A DNA stretch of 64,000 nucleotides. Source: Stegostoma tigrinum (lineage: Eukaryota). This document shows positions 60,616 through 64,000 of this stretch, piece after piece (position 1 is the first letter of the stretch; every line of letters begins with the position of its first letter). Where the stretch lies: contig NC_081375.1 of the NCBI RefSeq assembly GCF_030684315.1, positions 32,539,073 through 32,603,072 on the forward strand, written 5' to 3'. Under the pieces are notes generated by a model that did not search any database, had not been told where the DNA came from, and saw only the letters and a list, made by a program, of their open reading frames with translations. The position numbers and the translations under genes were made by a program.

Positions 60616-63600
60616 AGGTTCTTTTAATTTTTTCAGAGATGGATAGCAGTAAATAGGTTAATGTAATGGCACTTGACATAAAGCTACATTTACCTTCAGA
60701 TTTGCTACCTAATTGTCTAATGCCAAAAGGTGAGTCTCCCACTCTCTTGCCTGTAAGCTGTCCGCCAAAGGAGGTCATTATAAAACAGAGGGTGAAGAAT
60801 CCAATTCCAGCCACAAATAACCTAGAATCAAGCAGAGAGCATATCAGACTAACGTACAAGTTTTTGCTTTATAGTTAGCTAGTATATGAGAATACTAGAA
60901 ATATAATGTGTTCTATATTGTATACTTGATTACACGTATACTGTTGTCAATTTACAATTTTACTTTATTCACTTGTACACTTTGACTGTTTGCTTAAAAG
61001 TATGACCATACTTCATTCTAACTTAGTAACTCATAATTGGATTCAACAGCATGGTGGTACTATGTGACCTGCTGAACGGCATAATGTAGTAAGAACAATA
61101 GATGTACTTCTGCTGTCCATGCACATATACTAAATCTTAAAAATTGGCATAATGCTTCTGAGGTGGCAACTTATTTCTAACATATTTTAAGAAAACACAT
61201 TTTATGTTTGATACTAAGCAATAAATGAACAGTACCATTTATTTAATCAATGTTTAGGCTTAGATTCATTCTAGGCTAGCCCTACATTTAATTGTTGGCT
61301 TTCAGGCAGGAGATGAAGTAGGTGAGCAATTTAAAAAATGAGAGGGATTGTGTAGCAGCACATCCCCAAATTATTTATTCTGACATATGTCTGCTTCTAT
61401 GCCTACCCTAGAAGGACTCTGGTATAACGGTGATCCTATTACTTTTGTCACTGTACCACATGTTGACAATGAAATTAGATCAAGTCCAGCTCCTGAAGAA
61501 TATGTAGGTATTAAGTACGTGAGGCTGAAAGTCATCAAAAGGTACAGGAACATTCTCTTATTTATGTATTTTGTTTCCCAGAAGTACTTTCCCTAAAAGC
61601 AGTGAATTCCTGCCTCTACAATTTTAAATTTCTGGCAATAATAATTAGGTCAACTTCTGCATTTTCTTTTAAATATGAAATACACATCTTTTTCTCTATC
61701 ATTTGGATATTGTTAAACAGGTCCTCTTAAATTTCAGATCAACACACAGAAACAGAAATGTCTGTTCAACAATAACAATAACACTCTAGAGCATCCTTTT
61801 TGAATATGTTCCTAGCTGTATGCGGTGAATTTGCAACACAAGATTAATCAATTGCTTCACAAAGTTCATCAATTGAAGAAAGCATTCTTGTTTTGCCATG
61901 CAAATTACTGTAATTAATATCAATGTAATTACGACCAATATTTTAAAATGTACCCTTTCTGAAATTCAGTTTTAATGATTTTGCAAGATTATCAGTTTAC
62001 ATATTTACGTAACATTTCATACACTGATATTTTATAGATTTGTATTTTTAACTGTTACTGAACAAACGTCAAGCTCCATCCCCTCCCCCGGCCCTAGCTA
62101 TATCCTTGAACATGTACTTAACACCATGACCCCATGGAAATAGCATGGAGAAACAAGATCAATCACACCAGGATGTATTCTGAAACACATGTGGCATCTC
62201 ATAGTGGGAAGGTGAGTGATTTCAATGTGACTAGCCGTCTCCTGGTGCCCGCACCCATCAGCCACAACTCCACACCTTACCCTCTATGTTTTAAATGTAA
62301 CTTTCCACGAATGAAAAACAGAGAATATGGTATTGTCTGCCTCTCATAGATTCATCTCAAACTCAATTGCTACATTGAATAGAAAGCATCATTTGAATTA
62401 GGGTGGTCCCAGAGCATTGCAAACGTAAATACTGTAAGTGTTGCCAGCATGGAAAGCTGTCTTTATACTGAAATGACAAACATTAACTGAGATTCATAAC
62501 CATATAATCTAGACCAGCAGCAGTTACAATGAGATTAAAGTGTAAGTTTTGCTTGACACAAGCATTGATCACAAGTGTTCCACACAAGTCATATCAATCA
62601 TCAATACTAAATTATTTTATATGTGTAATTGAAAACAAAACTTGAAGGTAAACTTACCTGAAAGGCCTTAAGGTTACAAGAAACCTTCTCACCATTATTT
62701 TACCATCTGAATTTGTAGAATTTTTTGAAAGCAAAAACATCTTTCTGTCAGTGAAACATAAATATTATCTAATATAAACTTGATTAATTTGAAGATATTT
62801 AATTAATCAATATTTAATATTGTCCTTAGAACCGAATTAATAGGCATCAGGTGATTTTTTTTCAGGTCAGACCAAATAAAATCCATTCACAACTTTTGAT
62901 TTGCTGATTTAAAACAAATCTGCCAGGTTTCCTATCTCCAGAGTGAGTCCTTATTCAAGCTGAAGTGATGCTGCTCCTAGCTCTATGTTGACTTTTTCAG
63001 GAAGTAGTGATGAATACAAGATGCCGAAGATAATCCAAAATTAACAGTTAAACAAGAATCAAGGAGACTGCAGGTGAAAAAAAGCACATTAGTTGCTTGA
63101 AGATTTCCTCCTCTCATGATCAGAGCTTGCTGTTATTCACAGCCACATGACTATTGCATTGACACACTTAGGCAGGGCATCCTCATAGTCCCTCGGGTGA
63201 GATTCATACTGATTTTTGCTCAACCGCCAGATCTAGTACAAGCAGCCACCAACAACCTCGGCATTCAACCCCTTGGACAAGTGAATAGGGTTGGGGATAA
63301 AAGGCTGACTGACAGATCACAATCCAACCAGGATAGCTGGAATACATCAGCCTCTCTATCATAGCTGCTTTATTTCCTTTACAAAGCATGAGATGTTACA
63401 TTATCCTGATGCAACAACAGTGCTAGAGCATCACCTAGTGTTCTGGGGATAGTTTGTTCCTACATTAATTACTTTGTATTTTAGCTGAATAGATTCTTAC
63501 CTAAACAGGTGCTGTGTGTTTTCTACATTACGAGTAGTGCTAAGATTCTGTAAAAGACAAGAAAACAGGAAGCCATAAATGTTCACGGCAGCAATTTTAA

Positions 63601-64000
63601 GACAAGAAAAAATCTGAAATTGCCATTAATATTATCTTTTATATATTCATAATCTCAAATATAGTAATGATTCAGTCATAAATATCTTCTCATAATAGAA
63701 AACAAAGCAAATTTTTGAAATTTTTAAGGAATAATCCACCATACATGAATTTCATCTTATTTGGAATCATGTATCTTACTCACCCTCATGCTGTCTCAAT
63801 GGTGATCTGGCTTGAAGTTAGGAAAGAGCAAATGATCCTTCAGATATTTGTTCACACTCCACAATAGCATAATCATGGGTCTACTGGTATGGTAGACTCG
63901 GTAGCTAGCCTATTGTATTTAGAATTATGTTGTCAATTGTCAATGATTCTGAGAAAACTGCAGGTGGCAGTAATGTTCAGCCGTTGAATTTCTGTGCTTG

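Noticed and set aside
61371-61553. 60-aa minus-strand ORF with a hydrophobic N-terminus
   Set aside because: No recognisable family; such ORFs are common by chance in AT-rich DNA

Overview
Eukaryotic, repeat-rich, essentially non-coding DNA. The repeat inventory points to a cartilaginous fish, probably a shark (inference): V-domain HE1-like tRNA SINEs, CR1 and CR1/L2-group LINE fragments, Neptune-type Penelope-like elements (PLEs), and Gypsy, RTE and Harbinger/hAT remnants. I found no intact host gene. Most notable: (1) a young PLE family, plus older relatives, whose 3' ends carry a minimal hammerhead-ribozyme (HHR) motif, CTGATGA-A-GGGTCTAGGCCC-GAAACGTC. (2) About nine PLE insertions are fold-back (inverted) structures bounded by 9-16 bp target-site duplications (TSDs), including a ~1.1 kb near-perfect palindrome and a 53-bp perfect hairpin whose junction lies exactly at the predicted ribozyme cleavage site. 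(3) A 55-codon orphan fragment resembling one FBF1 exon, fused to a LINE 3' end (43992-44159, minus; too short for the ORF track). (4) A three-level nest, RTE LINE > solo LTR > PLE. All family names are by recognition, not database search, and boundaries of degenerate elements are approximate.
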